DNA from: Gammaproteobacteria bacterium
GTDB taxonomy: Bacteria; Pseudomonadota; Gammaproteobacteria; UBA4575
Assembly: GCA_965222615.1 (NCBI GenBank)
Contig: CBDCUI010000008.1
Coordinates: 288,001-352,000 of the forward strand
DNA: 64,000 nucleotides
Direction of reading: 5' to 3'
A model generated the notes under the pieces. It did no database searches. It had not been told where the DNA came from and saw only the letters and a list, made by a program, of their open reading frames with translations. The translations under genes and the position numbers were made by a program. Position 1 is the stretch's first letter. Each line of letters begins with the position of its first letter. Shown one piece after another: positions 1 through 8,666 of the stretch.

Positions 1-150
1 GCTCTGAAAATTCTACAGTTACTAGATAATAAAAATTTGCGTGAAAAGATGGGTGAATTCGGGCGTAAGCGTGTACTTAATGAACTTTCATGGGAATACG
101 AAGCCCCAAAATTACTTGCTGCCTATGAAGCGTTGTTGGGAGTGAATTAG
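1..150 (+). CDS. C-terminal fragment of a glycosyltransferase (GT4 / GT-B type); runs in from the window edge
   Basis: Frame 1 reads ALKILQLLDNKNLREKMGEFGRKRVLNELSWEYEAPKLLAAYEALLGVN, stop TAG at 148-150. This is the typical GT4 C-terminal pattern (LL.d..lR..MG..GR.rv...fSW). Confidence 0.75.
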   Translation, partial: ALKILQLLDNKNLREKMGEFGRKRVLNELSWEYEAPKLLAAYEALLGVN

Positions 151-278
151 CAAAAATTATTGTTCTTATTCTCTAATCTAGATCATTTTATAATAGCTTA
201 ATTAAATGAGCACTTTTGTAAATCGCTTTTAATAAAAATGATTAGTTAGCTACTTGCTTTAAAATCAGATTGTAGACA

Positions 279-1271
279 CTAACTCCCACTTACATCAGCA
301 AGAAAGTTAGTAGCATTATTTTCATTAGTGCCAAAATAAACATAATAACCATCAACGTCTCCACTAACCTTATCCCAAGAAACGGTTAAGCTCTGGTCAT
401 TGTTGATTGTTCCACATATGGTCTTAGAAAAATCAGATTCCGTTACGGTATTGTATGATTTAATACTAAAACAAACACTTTTTCCTTTTTCTAAACCCAG
501 ATCGAGTAACGGATTAGTTGTGTGAGAACGTACGTTTTCTCCAAGAGTATCCGGTGATACTTCGAGAGATGTATCTTTAGTGGAACTGTATGTATCAGGA
601 GTACTTGTAGAGAGTGCCGCACCTATTAGTGTGGCAGCCTCAAGACTTATATAGCTTCTAACATTATTATCATACCGATTGGTAAGTGTGTATCTTATAG
701 TTAAGGTTTGCCCACTTGAAGCAGCTCGATAATTTAAAGTGTAAATGCGGCTACTTTTATCGCTAAGCTGTTTGATTTGAGTAGTGAAGGGAGTCGTACT
801 TCCGTCACTTAAAGCAACCTCAAGTTGGCCACTTGCTTTTTTAATTCCTACAAACAGCTTCAAGGTTTTAGTCGTAGTATCTGCTGGTACTTTTAGTTCA
901 AATCCGTTTCCAATTTTTAATATACGAAAAGCACTTTTGGTTGAATTATTGGTGTTGAGCGTTCCATCGGTCCATGAATAGTTGCTAGCAGTGCCATATA
1001 ATTCTCTAGGAGTTTCGTTGCCTATAATGGCAACATCACTGATCTGTGGTATAACTCCTGTCTTACGATCAGTTAAGGCGGGTCGCGGACCATAGTGAAC
1101 CCAATCGTCTGATCCGCTGGAAAGATATACTTCGTATGGGCTTTTACCCGACGCTACAGAAAGGGCGCCTGTATTACTATTGGCTTGGACAGTTGATATA
1201 AAGGATAAATCGATTAAATGGCTTAGTGTTAATGTTATAACGAAACCAAGCAATTTCACAGTACTTTTCAT
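279..1271 (-). CDS. Exported protein: signal peptide, beta-sandwich domain, and C-terminal permuted Fn3-like domain
   Basis: ORF track 279..1289; the ATG at 1271 (MKSTVKLL) follows GGAG. Signal-like N-terminus ending VQA. The last 78 aa are shared with the next two ORFs. Confidence 0.75.
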   Translation of the reverse strand: MKSTVKLLGFVITLTLSHLIDLSFISTVQANSNTGALSVASGKSPYEVYLSSGSDDWVHYGPRPALTDRKTGVIPQISDVAIIGNETPRELYGTASNYSWTDGTLNTNNSTKSAFRILKIGNGFELKVPADTTTKTLKLFVGIKKASGQLEVALSDGSTTPFTTQIKQLSDKSSRIYTLNYRAASSGQTLTIRYTLTNRYDNNVRSYISLEAATLIGAALSTSTPDTYSSTKDTSLEVSPDTLGENVRSHTTNPLLDLGLEKGKSVCFSIKSYNTVTESDFSKTICGTINNDQSLTVSWDKVSGDVDGYYVYFGTNENNATNFLADVSGS

Positions 1272-1437
1272 ATTCCAACTCCGATTCAAATTGACAGAAA
1301 TGAGGGCAAGTCCATTTCCCCTTTTCTTTAAACGGCTTCTAATCCAATTAGAATTATCTTTAGTTAAACTTCAGCAACATACATCTTTAAAACTAATAAA
1401 TATTTTAGTAAACCTTCATTCTAATAAAGCAGTAATC

Positions 1438-1453
1438 TGTGGAATCTATCACA
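1438..1453. promoter_or_regulatory. CRP/FNR-family (CRP/Vfr/Clp-like) binding site candidate
   Basis: TGTGG-aatcta-TCACA, 9/10 match to TGTGA-N6-TCACA, about 170 bp upstream of the 279..1271 gene. Confidence 0.5.
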
Positions 1454-1635
1454 GAAATTATTTATAGAAATTGTCAACTGATGGCGGTGGTAGTATTTTC
1501 ATGATGAACTGGTTATTAATTTGAATATGGGAGTTAAGAATTACAGAGGAGCATCAAATCATATTATTAACATGGATTAAAAGAATTTAATGTTGCTTTT
1601 TATAATTTCAGTTGTTTTGTCAAGTATTAGAATTA

Positions 1636-2082
1636 TTAGCTTTCGATTACATCTGCAAGGAAGTTAGCAACATTATTTTTGTTCTTGCCAAAATAAACAT
1701 AGTAACCGTCAACATTTCCAATAACGTCTTCCCATGAAAGGATTAAGCTATTATCGTTGTTGATTTTTCCACATATGGCTTTTGAGAAATCAGATTCTGT
1801 GACGTTATTATATGATTTAAGTCGAAAACAGATGTTTTCACCTTTTTCTAATCCAAGGTCACGTAGGGGATTTATTTCAATTGAGTTAGGTAACCCTGAG
1901 GTCAAGGGAGGTGTTGTTTTTGGTGTGCGTTTAAATTCTGTATTGGGTTTGGCCCCAGGTGTCGCTGAAGCTATATTAGGTACACCTTCGGCGGTAGATG
2001 GTGAACTACTATCACCACCGCACCCATAAAGACTAAATGTGATTACCACATATAGAGCAAGCAATTTTACAGTGCATTTCAT
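1636..2082 (-). CDS. Lipoprotein with Pro/Thr/Ser-rich linker and C-terminal permuted Fn3-like domain
   Basis: Lipobox LYG-C followed by GGDSSS. C-terminal 78 aa are 56/78 identical (hand count) to those of the 279..1271 protein. GGAG upstream of the ATG. Confidence 0.8.
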   Translation of the reverse strand: MKCTVKLLALYVVITFSLYGCGGDSSSPSTAEGVPNIASATPGAKPNTEFKRTPKTTPPLTSGLPNSIEINPLRDLGLEKGENICFRLKSYNNVTESDFSKAICGKINNDNSLILSWEDVIGNVDGYYVYFGKNKNNVANFLADVIES

Positions 2083-2315
2083 TTTCCAACTCCGATAAAA
2101 TATTGCTTACATTGAATAAATCATCCGGATCTTCTCAATGTAGAATTTTTAGCAAAACAAATCTTAGTTTATAACTAAAGTAATAATTCTCCTTCTAGAA
2201 TAAATGGTACAAAAGAATAGTTTGTGTGGTGCATGATATCTTGTAATAGATTTATTATTTTATTGTAACTATTAAATTATAAATTAATTGTAAATTGTTT
2301 ATTAAGTTTGCTAGC

Positions 2316-2900
2316 TCATAACACATCAGTAAGAAAATTATTAGTACGTTTGGCTGAGCTTCCAAAATATACATGGTAGCCTATTGTAGGGCCTGAACTT
2401 TCAGCCCAAGAGAGCTTAAAATTCTTTGAATTTTTTATGTAAGTACATGCGGGCGATGAAAATGCTGATATTTCTGTGTTTGAATAAGCTTTCACTCTAA
2501 AACATACATAGCCCTTATCAATTCCAAGATCACGTAATGGATTGATATTAGTGTGAGTTGGTGGGGCGCCATTTTTTACGATTTTCTTCTTAGAAGTTTT
2601 CTTTTTAGCGGTCTTTTTCTTCTTAGAAGTTTTCTTTTTAGCAGCTTTTTTCTTCTTAGAAGTTTTCTTTTTAGCGGTCTTTTTCTTCTTAGAAGTTTTC
2701 TTTTTAGCAGTCTTTTTCTTCTTAGCAGCTTTCTTTTTAGCAGCTTTTTTCTTTGCCGCAGCTTTGGTATTTACTTTAGAATTGGATATTTCATTTGATT
2801 TAGCGAAGCTACTTGGTGGGCTAATAAATCCTGTAAGGCTTACTAATAAAAACGTTAAAACCAAGGGCCGCATTAGTTTTACAAGAGAGCTAGAATTCAA
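2316..2900 (-). CDS. Exported lysine-rich (histone H1-like repeat) protein with C-terminal permuted Fn3-like domain
   Basis: TTG start after strong RBS GAGGAGGA; signal peptide ending SFA; KKKK(T/A)AKKKTS x4; C-terminal NPLRDLG..VCF..YS..S.FS..C..LSW..GY.VYFG..NFL.DV. Confidence 0.8.
   Translation of the reverse strand: MNSSSLVKLMRPLVLTFLLVSLTGFISPPSSFAKSNEISNSKVNTKAAAKKKAAKKKAAKKKKTAKKKTSKKKKTAKKKTSKKKKAAKKKTSKKKKTAKKKTSKKKIVKNGAPPTHTNINPLRDLGIDKGYVCFRVKAYSNTEISAFSSPACTYIKNSKNFKLSWAESSGPTIGYHVYFGSSAKRTNNFLTDVL
2592..2723 (-). repeat. 33-bp coding tandem repeat (4 units) encoding KKKK(T/A)AKKKTS
   Basis: Plus strand repeats agaagttttctttttagc(g/a)g(t/c)(c/t)tttttcttctt. Confidence 0.9.
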
Positions 2901-3047
2901 GTTATCCTCCTCAAATTGAAATAGAGTTTTATTTTTTGATTGGTTATTGAAATCTTTGTGAGACTAGTTGGGAATAGTAGGACACAGTTAGTTGGTATTC
3001 TCATAATTTTATGAAGAATCAAATGCTTATTGTCTGTTCAAAAATTT

Positions 3048-3063
3048 TGTGAACCCTATCACA
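3048..3063. promoter_or_regulatory. CRP/FNR-family (CRP/Vfr/Clp-like) binding site
   Basis: Perfect TGTGA-acccta-TCACA preceded by AAAATTT, in the divergent intergenic region between the lysine-rich gene and the WcaJ-like gene. Confidence 0.65.
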
Positions 3064-3576
3064 GTAAAAAAGTGAAAAAATTGCTATCCAGGTGAGCGGT
3101 ATAATTTTATCGATGAAGTGTTATTAAACAATAGTTGTTTATTGGTAACCAAAATAATTGTAATCAGCTACAATCGAGATTAATAATTGGTTTAAGTTGG
3201 TTTAAAGTAAATCCAGATGATTTAAATTTATTAATTTTCATAGAGTTACTGACAAGACCTAATAGGCTTTATAGAAAAATTGATTTTGTATTCGCAATGC
3301 TTAAATTAATTACACAAAACAAAGTCATAGTACTCAAATAAGGTACTCTTGACGGTTTCAGATATAGCTCTTTTTAGAGGTGCGGCTTTAGCAGCTTTAC
3401 TTTAAGAGCTGACCTAATAAAGAAATGAGGTTGGTATGGCGTATATGATTTTTGGCTTAAATTCGTTAAGGGATACTTATGGAAACAGAAGTGATTCACA
3501 GCTATTTAGAAGCCATTCTGGTAAATTTTATTCGCAAAACCCGTAAAGCAAGGTATTTCTAATAAGCTTAATCAAG

Positions 3577-5028
3577 ATGAGGCGTAAACAAGAAGTGGTC
3601 GAAAAATCACAAGCGTTATCAGTAGCTTCAAGTGGTTATTTGCCTCGAACGATAACCTTTGGACTGATTAAATTGTGGAGTTGGCTCACCCCGCCATTAG
3701 TTGCTGTAGCAACTTTATTACTTACCATGGCCTTATATGACATCCCCATGAGGGATGCATATCAGAATCTTGCAGTGATTACTTTCCTGGTCACGTTTTT
3801 TATATTTCGTGAAGTTGAATCGGTTAGACCAAAAGACGATAGTGGCTTTCAATCTAACACTAGTAATCTTCTATTGGCTTGGACCTTGATTGTAGGTGTT
3901 TTGCTTCTTATTGGCTACGCTACGAAATATTCCCATATTTACTCTCGTTTAGCTCTGTTCACATGGTTTACGATTACTCCCTTACCACTCCTGCTATCGC
4001 AAATAGCACTTAACCGTCTCAATATTGCTTTGGTACAAAGTACGGGGAATACGCGTAGAGCAGTAGTCGCTGGCGTAACAGAAATAAGTCGCAGATTGGT
4101 GAAACAGTTTGTACAAGACGAAAATCTTGCGACGGAATTTATAGGATATTTTGAAGATCGTAATGCAGAACGTATAGGGTCATTGGAGCATGGCAGAGTA
4201 ATTGGAGATCTCAGCAGTTTATCTGATTATGTCACTCAGAATAATATCGATGTGATTTATATTACTTTACCTATTCGACATCTCGAGCGTACTAAAAAGT
4301 TACTAGACAAATTACATGATACAACCGCATCAATTTATTTTGTGCCAGATATATTTGTATTCGATTTAATTCAAGCTCGTACCTATAATATAAATGGCAT
4401 CCCCGCTGTGTCATTATGCGAAACACCTTTTGTTGGTTTATCAGGCGTATTAAAACATGTAAGTGATTTTGTGATTGCAGGCATCGCAGTGACGTTAACC
4501 GCGCCACTCATGCTTTTGATAGCATTAGGCATCAAGCTTACCTCTAAAGGACCTATATTTTTTAAACAGCGTCGCTATGGTTTAGATGGCCATGAAATTA
4601 TTGTGTATAAGTTTCGTACCATGCATGTTTCTGAAGATGACGATGAGATCACGCAAGTCACACGTAATGATCCACGGGTTACCAAGTTAGGGGCTTTTTT
4701 AAGAAAATATTCGTTAGATGAGCTTCCTCAGTTTATCAATGTTCTGCAAGGCAGAATGAGTGTAGTAGGGCCGCGACCCCATGCTGTGGTACATAACGAA
4801 ACTTATCGAAAAGTTATTAAAGGTTACATGATACGACATAAAGTATTACCTGGTATAACGGGTTTGGCTCAAGTAAGTGGTCTACGTGGTGAGACTAGTA
4901 AGGTCAAACATATGGAAGAACGAATTGAATTAGATCTCGACTATCTTAGACATTGGTCATTACAGTTGGATATCCAGATTATATTTAAGACGATTATGAC
5001 AGTCTTAAGTAGCAAGAACGCCTACTAA
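3577..5028 (+). CDS. wcaJ: Undecaprenyl-phosphate glucose phosphotransferase (WcaJ/GumD-like initiating transferase)
   Basis: N-terminal TM helices, CoA-binding-like middle domain, and C-terminal sugar-transferase motifs FKQRRYG, KFRTM, DELPQFINVLQGRMSVVGPRP, PGITGLAQV. Confidence 0.9.
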   Translation: MRRKQEVVEKSQALSVASSGYLPRTITFGLIKLWSWLTPPLVAVATLLLTMALYDIPMRDAYQNLAVITFLVTFFIFREVESVRPKDDSGFQSNTSNLLLAWTLIVGVLLLIGYATKYSHIYSRLALFTWFTITPLPLLLSQIALNRLNIALVQSTGNTRRAVVAGVTEISRRLVKQFVQDENLATEFIGYFEDRNAERIGSLEHGRVIGDLSSLSDYVTQNNIDVIYITLPIRHLERTKKLLDKLHDTTASIYFVPDIFVFDLIQARTYNINGIPAVSLCETPFVGLSGVLKHVSDFVIAGIAVTLTAPLMLLIALGIKLTSKGPIFFKQRRYGLDGHEIIVYKFRTMHVSEDDDEITQVTRNDPRVTKLGAFLRKYSLDELPQFINVLQGRMSVVGPRPHAVVHNETYRKVIKGYMIRHKVLPGITGLAQVSGLRGETSKVKHMEERIELDLDYLRHWSLQLDIQIIFKTIMTVLSSKNAY

Positions 5029-5119
5029 AATAGCCATTCACAATGGTAGAATGAGAGTGATCTTTTAATGATCTTGTTAACTATTTTAAGCTTCATAAAC
5101 AGGTTATTGTTAATAAAAA

Positions 5120-5641
5120 ATGATTTTAACAAAACTACATCCTGCTTGGTTATTGGGTACGGTATTTCTTTTAGCAATTTTCCGTTTTGTGCCGCATCCA
5201 CCAAATGCAACCCCTATCATAGCTATGGCATTATTTGCAGGAGCTGTATTCAGTAAGCGTATATATGCATATTTAGTACCACTTGCAGCAATGCTATTTA
5301 GTGATTTAGTGTTAGGCTTTCACAGCACAATTTTGTATGTTTATATAGCTGTTATTGCCGCAGTTTTACTCGGTAGTACACTAAAAAAGATATCTGTATT
5401 CAGGCTGGGCATAATCACAATTACTGCCTCATTTATTTTTTATCTTATAACTAATTTTGGCGCTTGGCTTCACCATGATATGTATTCACAAAATTGGTTG
5501 GGTTTAATACAAGCCTATATCGCTGGGCTGCCTTTTTTTCGCAATAGCATAATTGCCAATCTAATGTTTACGTATCTGACTTTTTATGGCCTTGCATGGT
5601 TAGAGAATGAGTTTTCTTTTCCAAGAATTGCCCAGCATTGA
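5120..5641 (+). CDS. DUF6580-type membrane protein (ECF S-component / BtuM-like putative vitamin transporter)
   Basis: RFVPHPPNATPIIAMALFAG, SDLVLGFH, FYLITNFGAW and GLPFFRN motifs; about six TM segments. Confidence 0.7.
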   Translation: MILTKLHPAWLLGTVFLLAIFRFVPHPPNATPIIAMALFAGAVFSKRIYAYLVPLAAMLFSDLVLGFHSTILYVYIAVIAAVLLGSTLKKISVFRLGIITITASFIFYLITNFGAWLHHDMYSQNWLGLIQAYIAGLPFFRNSIIANLMFTYLTFYGLAWLENEFSFPRIAQH

Positions 5642-5805
5642 ACCAGTCTTACACTTGACCAATTTTTCTTTCAAATAATTGCAGTTGACAACTACGCCAA
5701 AAATGCGTGCTCAGTCACAAAATATTGTTATATCTTTATTTACAGTAGATGTGCTGTTTATAAGCTTTATGGATATTGCAGTTCATCTCCTGGCAAGGAT
5801 GCCTT

Positions 5806-5840
5806 AACCCATGGGTTGGTTCACCGCCCATGGGTTTTTT
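5806..5840 (+). terminator. Rho-independent terminator
   Basis: Stem aacccatggg / cccatgggtt followed by a T-run. Confidence 0.75.
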
Positions 5841-6010
5841 GCTTTTAGGCAGTCTGTTTTTTAATACTTCGTTATAATAATTTTTTGTAGCTTTCATTAA
5901 CGATTTTGTTAGCTTCAGCCTGTAAAAATTATTTTGCTTTGTTTTGTATAAATATACTTGCTCAGATAAGTTAGATTTGAGCTTCTTCCTTAGTGTGTGA
6001 TAGAGATGTT

Positions 6011-6790
6011 TTAAAGCTGACGACGAGTACCAAGAAGAATATCATTGGCTCTCAACTGCTTAAGCGCTTGTTCGCCACCTTTGTAAACTAATTCTGGGTT
6101 AGGGTGATTAATTTGCTTAACGATTTCATCCAATAGTTCTTGGCCAGTTTTATCATTTTCACTCTCAATCAATCCCACTAGCATTGCAGTAATGGGATTT
6201 AATTCCATAAAGCCTACTTTATCTTGACGATCCCGATAAATTATAAGAAATGTAGGTTGTTCACTAGCCTGCTTGGGTTGAAAGCTGGGTTTTATTTTAT
6301 GTACTGGGTAATTATAAGTATGTATTTGCGCAAGAGTGGATAATACTGGTATTCCTTTAACTAAATCACCGTTTAGATCAACATTAGATTCATCAAGTTC
6401 CAGTGTGGAAAATGATAAATCAATTTCAATCCATTCATAGTGGGCTAATTCTTTAATAAAGACTGGATCTTCAGGTTGAAGCTTACGTTCGTATTGTAGA
6501 TAACCGAGAAACTCCCTAGAAATGTCTTTGAAATAAGGAGTTGTTGATTGATGATTTGCAAAAAAATCTCTGACCATTCTATGCCAATCTTCATCATTAT
6601 AAAGTTTACGTAATACTGGAAATGCATTAGCGATAAAATTCTGAATATTTCGATAGAAAAGTCCTCGATAAATCTCCATACGTCGATCTTCAATATCAGA
6701 TGGTGCAGTCGCATGATCAGGATCTCTTAAATGTGCTGTAAATTCGTATTGAATTTTTTTAAAAGCAGCGTTTTCACTCTCTTTGTTCAT
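6011..6790 (-). CDS. hvfC: DUF2063 family MNIO partner / RiPP recognition protein (HvfC-like)
   Basis: Motifs FTAHLRDP, RRMEIYRGLFYRN, FPVL, TPYFKDISREFL, ELAHYEWIE, YPVHKI; directly downstream of DUF692. Confidence 0.85.
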   Translation of the reverse strand: MNKESENAAFKKIQYEFTAHLRDPDHATAPSDIEDRRMEIYRGLFYRNIQNFIANAFPVLRKLYNDEDWHRMVRDFFANHQSTTPYFKDISREFLGYLQYERKLQPEDPVFIKELAHYEWIEIDLSFSTLELDESNVDLNGDLVKGIPVLSTLAQIHTYNYPVHKIKPSFQPKQASEQPTFLIIYRDRQDKVGFMELNPITAMLVGLIESENDKTGQELLDEIVKQINHPNPELVYKGGEQALKQLRANDILLGTRRQL

Positions 6791-6804
6791 GATTAATTAA
6801 AAAC

Positions 6805-7671
6805 TTAACTTACTTGAGCAAGGGATGCTAAAGAGTTGCCCCACTTTTCTTGTAAATTTCGAATGATATGAACTTCTTTCATTAAAGCATCAATAGGAGG
6901 AATATTGAAATCACGCTCAAGTAAAGTTGGTATCACGCCAAATGATTCATAAGTTTTGTCTAGAATTTTCCACACAGGATCAATTACATCAGATCCATGA
7001 GTATCGACAATTAAATCTTCGGCTTCATTAAAATGTCCGGCAACGTGAATATAGGTAATTCGTTCACTGGGCAAGGCCAGTAAAAATTCAATGGGGTCAT
7101 AGTTGTGATTTACAGAATTAACATAGATGTTGTTCACATCCAGTAAAAAATCACAGTCCGCTTCTTTTACTACTTCATTAATGAAATCAATTTCATCCAT
7201 TTCTTTCCCAGGGGCTGCATAATAAGAAATATTCTCAACAGCGATTTTTCTTTCAAGTATTTCTTGCACACGTCTGATTCTGCTAGCTACATAATGCACT
7301 GCTTCTTCCGTAAATGGAATGGGCATAAGATCATACAGGTGTCCATCATCAGAGCAATAACTTAAGTGTTCACTGTAACAGCGAATATTATGTTCATCGA
7401 TAAATTCTTTTACATCGCGAACTAAAGATTCATCTAATGGAGCCGGACCGCCTAGCGATAAAGATAAGCCATGCGTAACAAAAGGAACCTTTTCGGTAAA
7501 TGCGCGAAAGCGTTTGCCCAATTTTCCACCGATCCCGATCCAGTTTTCAGGGGCAACTTCCATAAAGTCGATACCCGCGGGGAAATTATCTTCCAACTCG
7601 TTTAACAAATCGCGACGCAAACCCAGGCCAGAACCCGTTATGGGATATGTTTTTTGTGGATTGGTATTCAT
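6805..7671 (-). CDS. hvfB: DUF692 multinuclear non-heme iron-dependent oxidative enzyme (MNIO, HvfB/MbnB-like)
   Basis: GLGLRR, EVAPENW, HGLSLSLGG, YSEHLS, ENISYY, LLDVNNIYVN, HVAGH, DTHG and LLERD metal-ligand motifs. Confidence 0.93.
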   Translation of the reverse strand: MNTNPQKTYPITGSGLGLRRDLLNELEDNFPAGIDFMEVAPENWIGIGGKLGKRFRAFTEKVPFVTHGLSLSLGGPAPLDESLVRDVKEFIDEHNIRCYSEHLSYCSDDGHLYDLMPIPFTEEAVHYVASRIRRVQEILERKIAVENISYYAAPGKEMDEIDFINEVVKEADCDFLLDVNNIYVNSVNHNYDPIEFLLALPSERITYIHVAGHFNEAEDLIVDTHGSDVIDPVWKILDKTYESFGVIPTLLERDFNIPPIDALMKEVHIIRNLQEKWGNSLASLAQVS

Positions 7672-7700
7672 GAGATATTTATTCCTTTCCTTTGGCTAAA

Positions 7701-7729
7701 TAGACCTTGTATCAATAGATGAGCTTACA
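7701..7729 (-). promoter_or_regulatory. ECF sigma factor-type promoter of the MNIO gene
   Basis: Minus strand TGTAAG-N18-GTCTA, 30 bp before the DUF692 ATG. Related motifs at 11188-11215 and 14966-14994. Confidence 0.6.
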
Positions 7730-7892
7730 CATTAAGGCTATTTTATTTGTGTTGTATTCTAACAGAATCTAAAAATCGCTAAGTGTTTGATTAGATTAAG
7801 GCGATAAAAGTTCACTTATAAAATGATGTAAACTATGGAATCCTGAGTTGTAGGCTGTATCCAATAATATTAATGATAAGCGTTAGTTGATG

Positions 7893-8666
7893 TTAAGGGT
7901 GTGCCAAAAAATACCAATTAATTTCTTGTTTTCGGTACCAGTTAGTTTCAACTTGTCGCGTAAATTGGTTTAGAGCAAGTGGTTTTTTGTTGTGTAACCA
8001 GTCGCCTAGAAGCGAAATTTTTAGCGAACATTGATCGACCAATAGCTTATATATTTGATCCGAGTCACTGGTTCGATTGCGACCATGTTCAAACACTATA
8101 TATGGCTTATTTCTTTTAATTAAATCAAATGCTCCGGATAATAATTTTAGTTGAGCGCCTTCTACGTCAATTTTTATAAAATCTATGTTATGTTCATCTG
8201 GAATAATACTATCCAATTTATCCGTTTTTACACTTATTGCCTGTACCTGATCACTGCTATCATAAGAGGTATTCAAATCTAAACTACTTATCCCTGGACT
8301 ATTGAGTCTATGATAGAAGGTGCACTTTCCTGGTTGGTCACTTAATGCAAGTTCATAGATATTTACGGTTGGAAAATTGTTTTTGAGTTCTGATGCTAAC
8401 TTAGGAATTGGTTCGAATGCATAATGATGCCCATTTGGAGCTATTTTCATAATTTCTTTCAATATGCTGCCCTTATGTGCCCCAGCATCTATACAGTTCG
8501 AGTCATCGGCAAGAACTCGCGACATAATTTCTATAGTCTGACGATCATATAGTCTATTTAATCTATTAAGGCGAGGACGGCGTCTTTGCCTAATTTCACG
8601 TGCAAATTTTTTTGCAACAGGTTCAATAGCTGTTCCTTTAATAGCTTTTTTAGTTAATGCATACAT
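7893..8666 (-). CDS. FkbM family SAM-dependent methyltransferase
   Basis: IDAGAHKG, YAFEPIP, IDFIKIDVEGAQ and PYIVFEHG motifs. ORF track starts at TTG 8723; ATG at 8666 is a likely alternative. Confidence 0.85.
   Translation of the reverse strand: MYALTKKAIKGTAIEPVAKKFAREIRQRRRPRLNRLNRLYDRQTIEIMSRVLADDSNCIDAGAHKGSILKEIMKIAPNGHHYAFEPIPKLASELKNNFPTVNIYELALSDQPGKCTFYHRLNSPGISSLDLNTSYDSSDQVQAISVKTDKLDSIIPDEHNIDFIKIDVEGAQLKLLSGAFDLIKRNKPYIVFEHGRNRTSDSDQIYKLLVDQCSLKISLLGDWLHNKKPLALNQFTRQVETNWYRKQEINWYFLAHP

Noticed and set aside
2553-2798. Phe/Leu-rich ORF (LLRSFLFS repeats)
   Set aside because: Antisense reading of the lysine-repeat gene.
3135-3341. 68-aa ORF in the AT-rich intergenic region
   Set aside because: TTG start, no RBS, composition typical of non-coding AT-rich DNA.
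2901-3576. ops/JUMPstart element or sigma-54 promoter ahead of the WcaJ-like gene
   Set aside because: No convincing GGCGGTAG or TGGC-N7-TTGC match seen.
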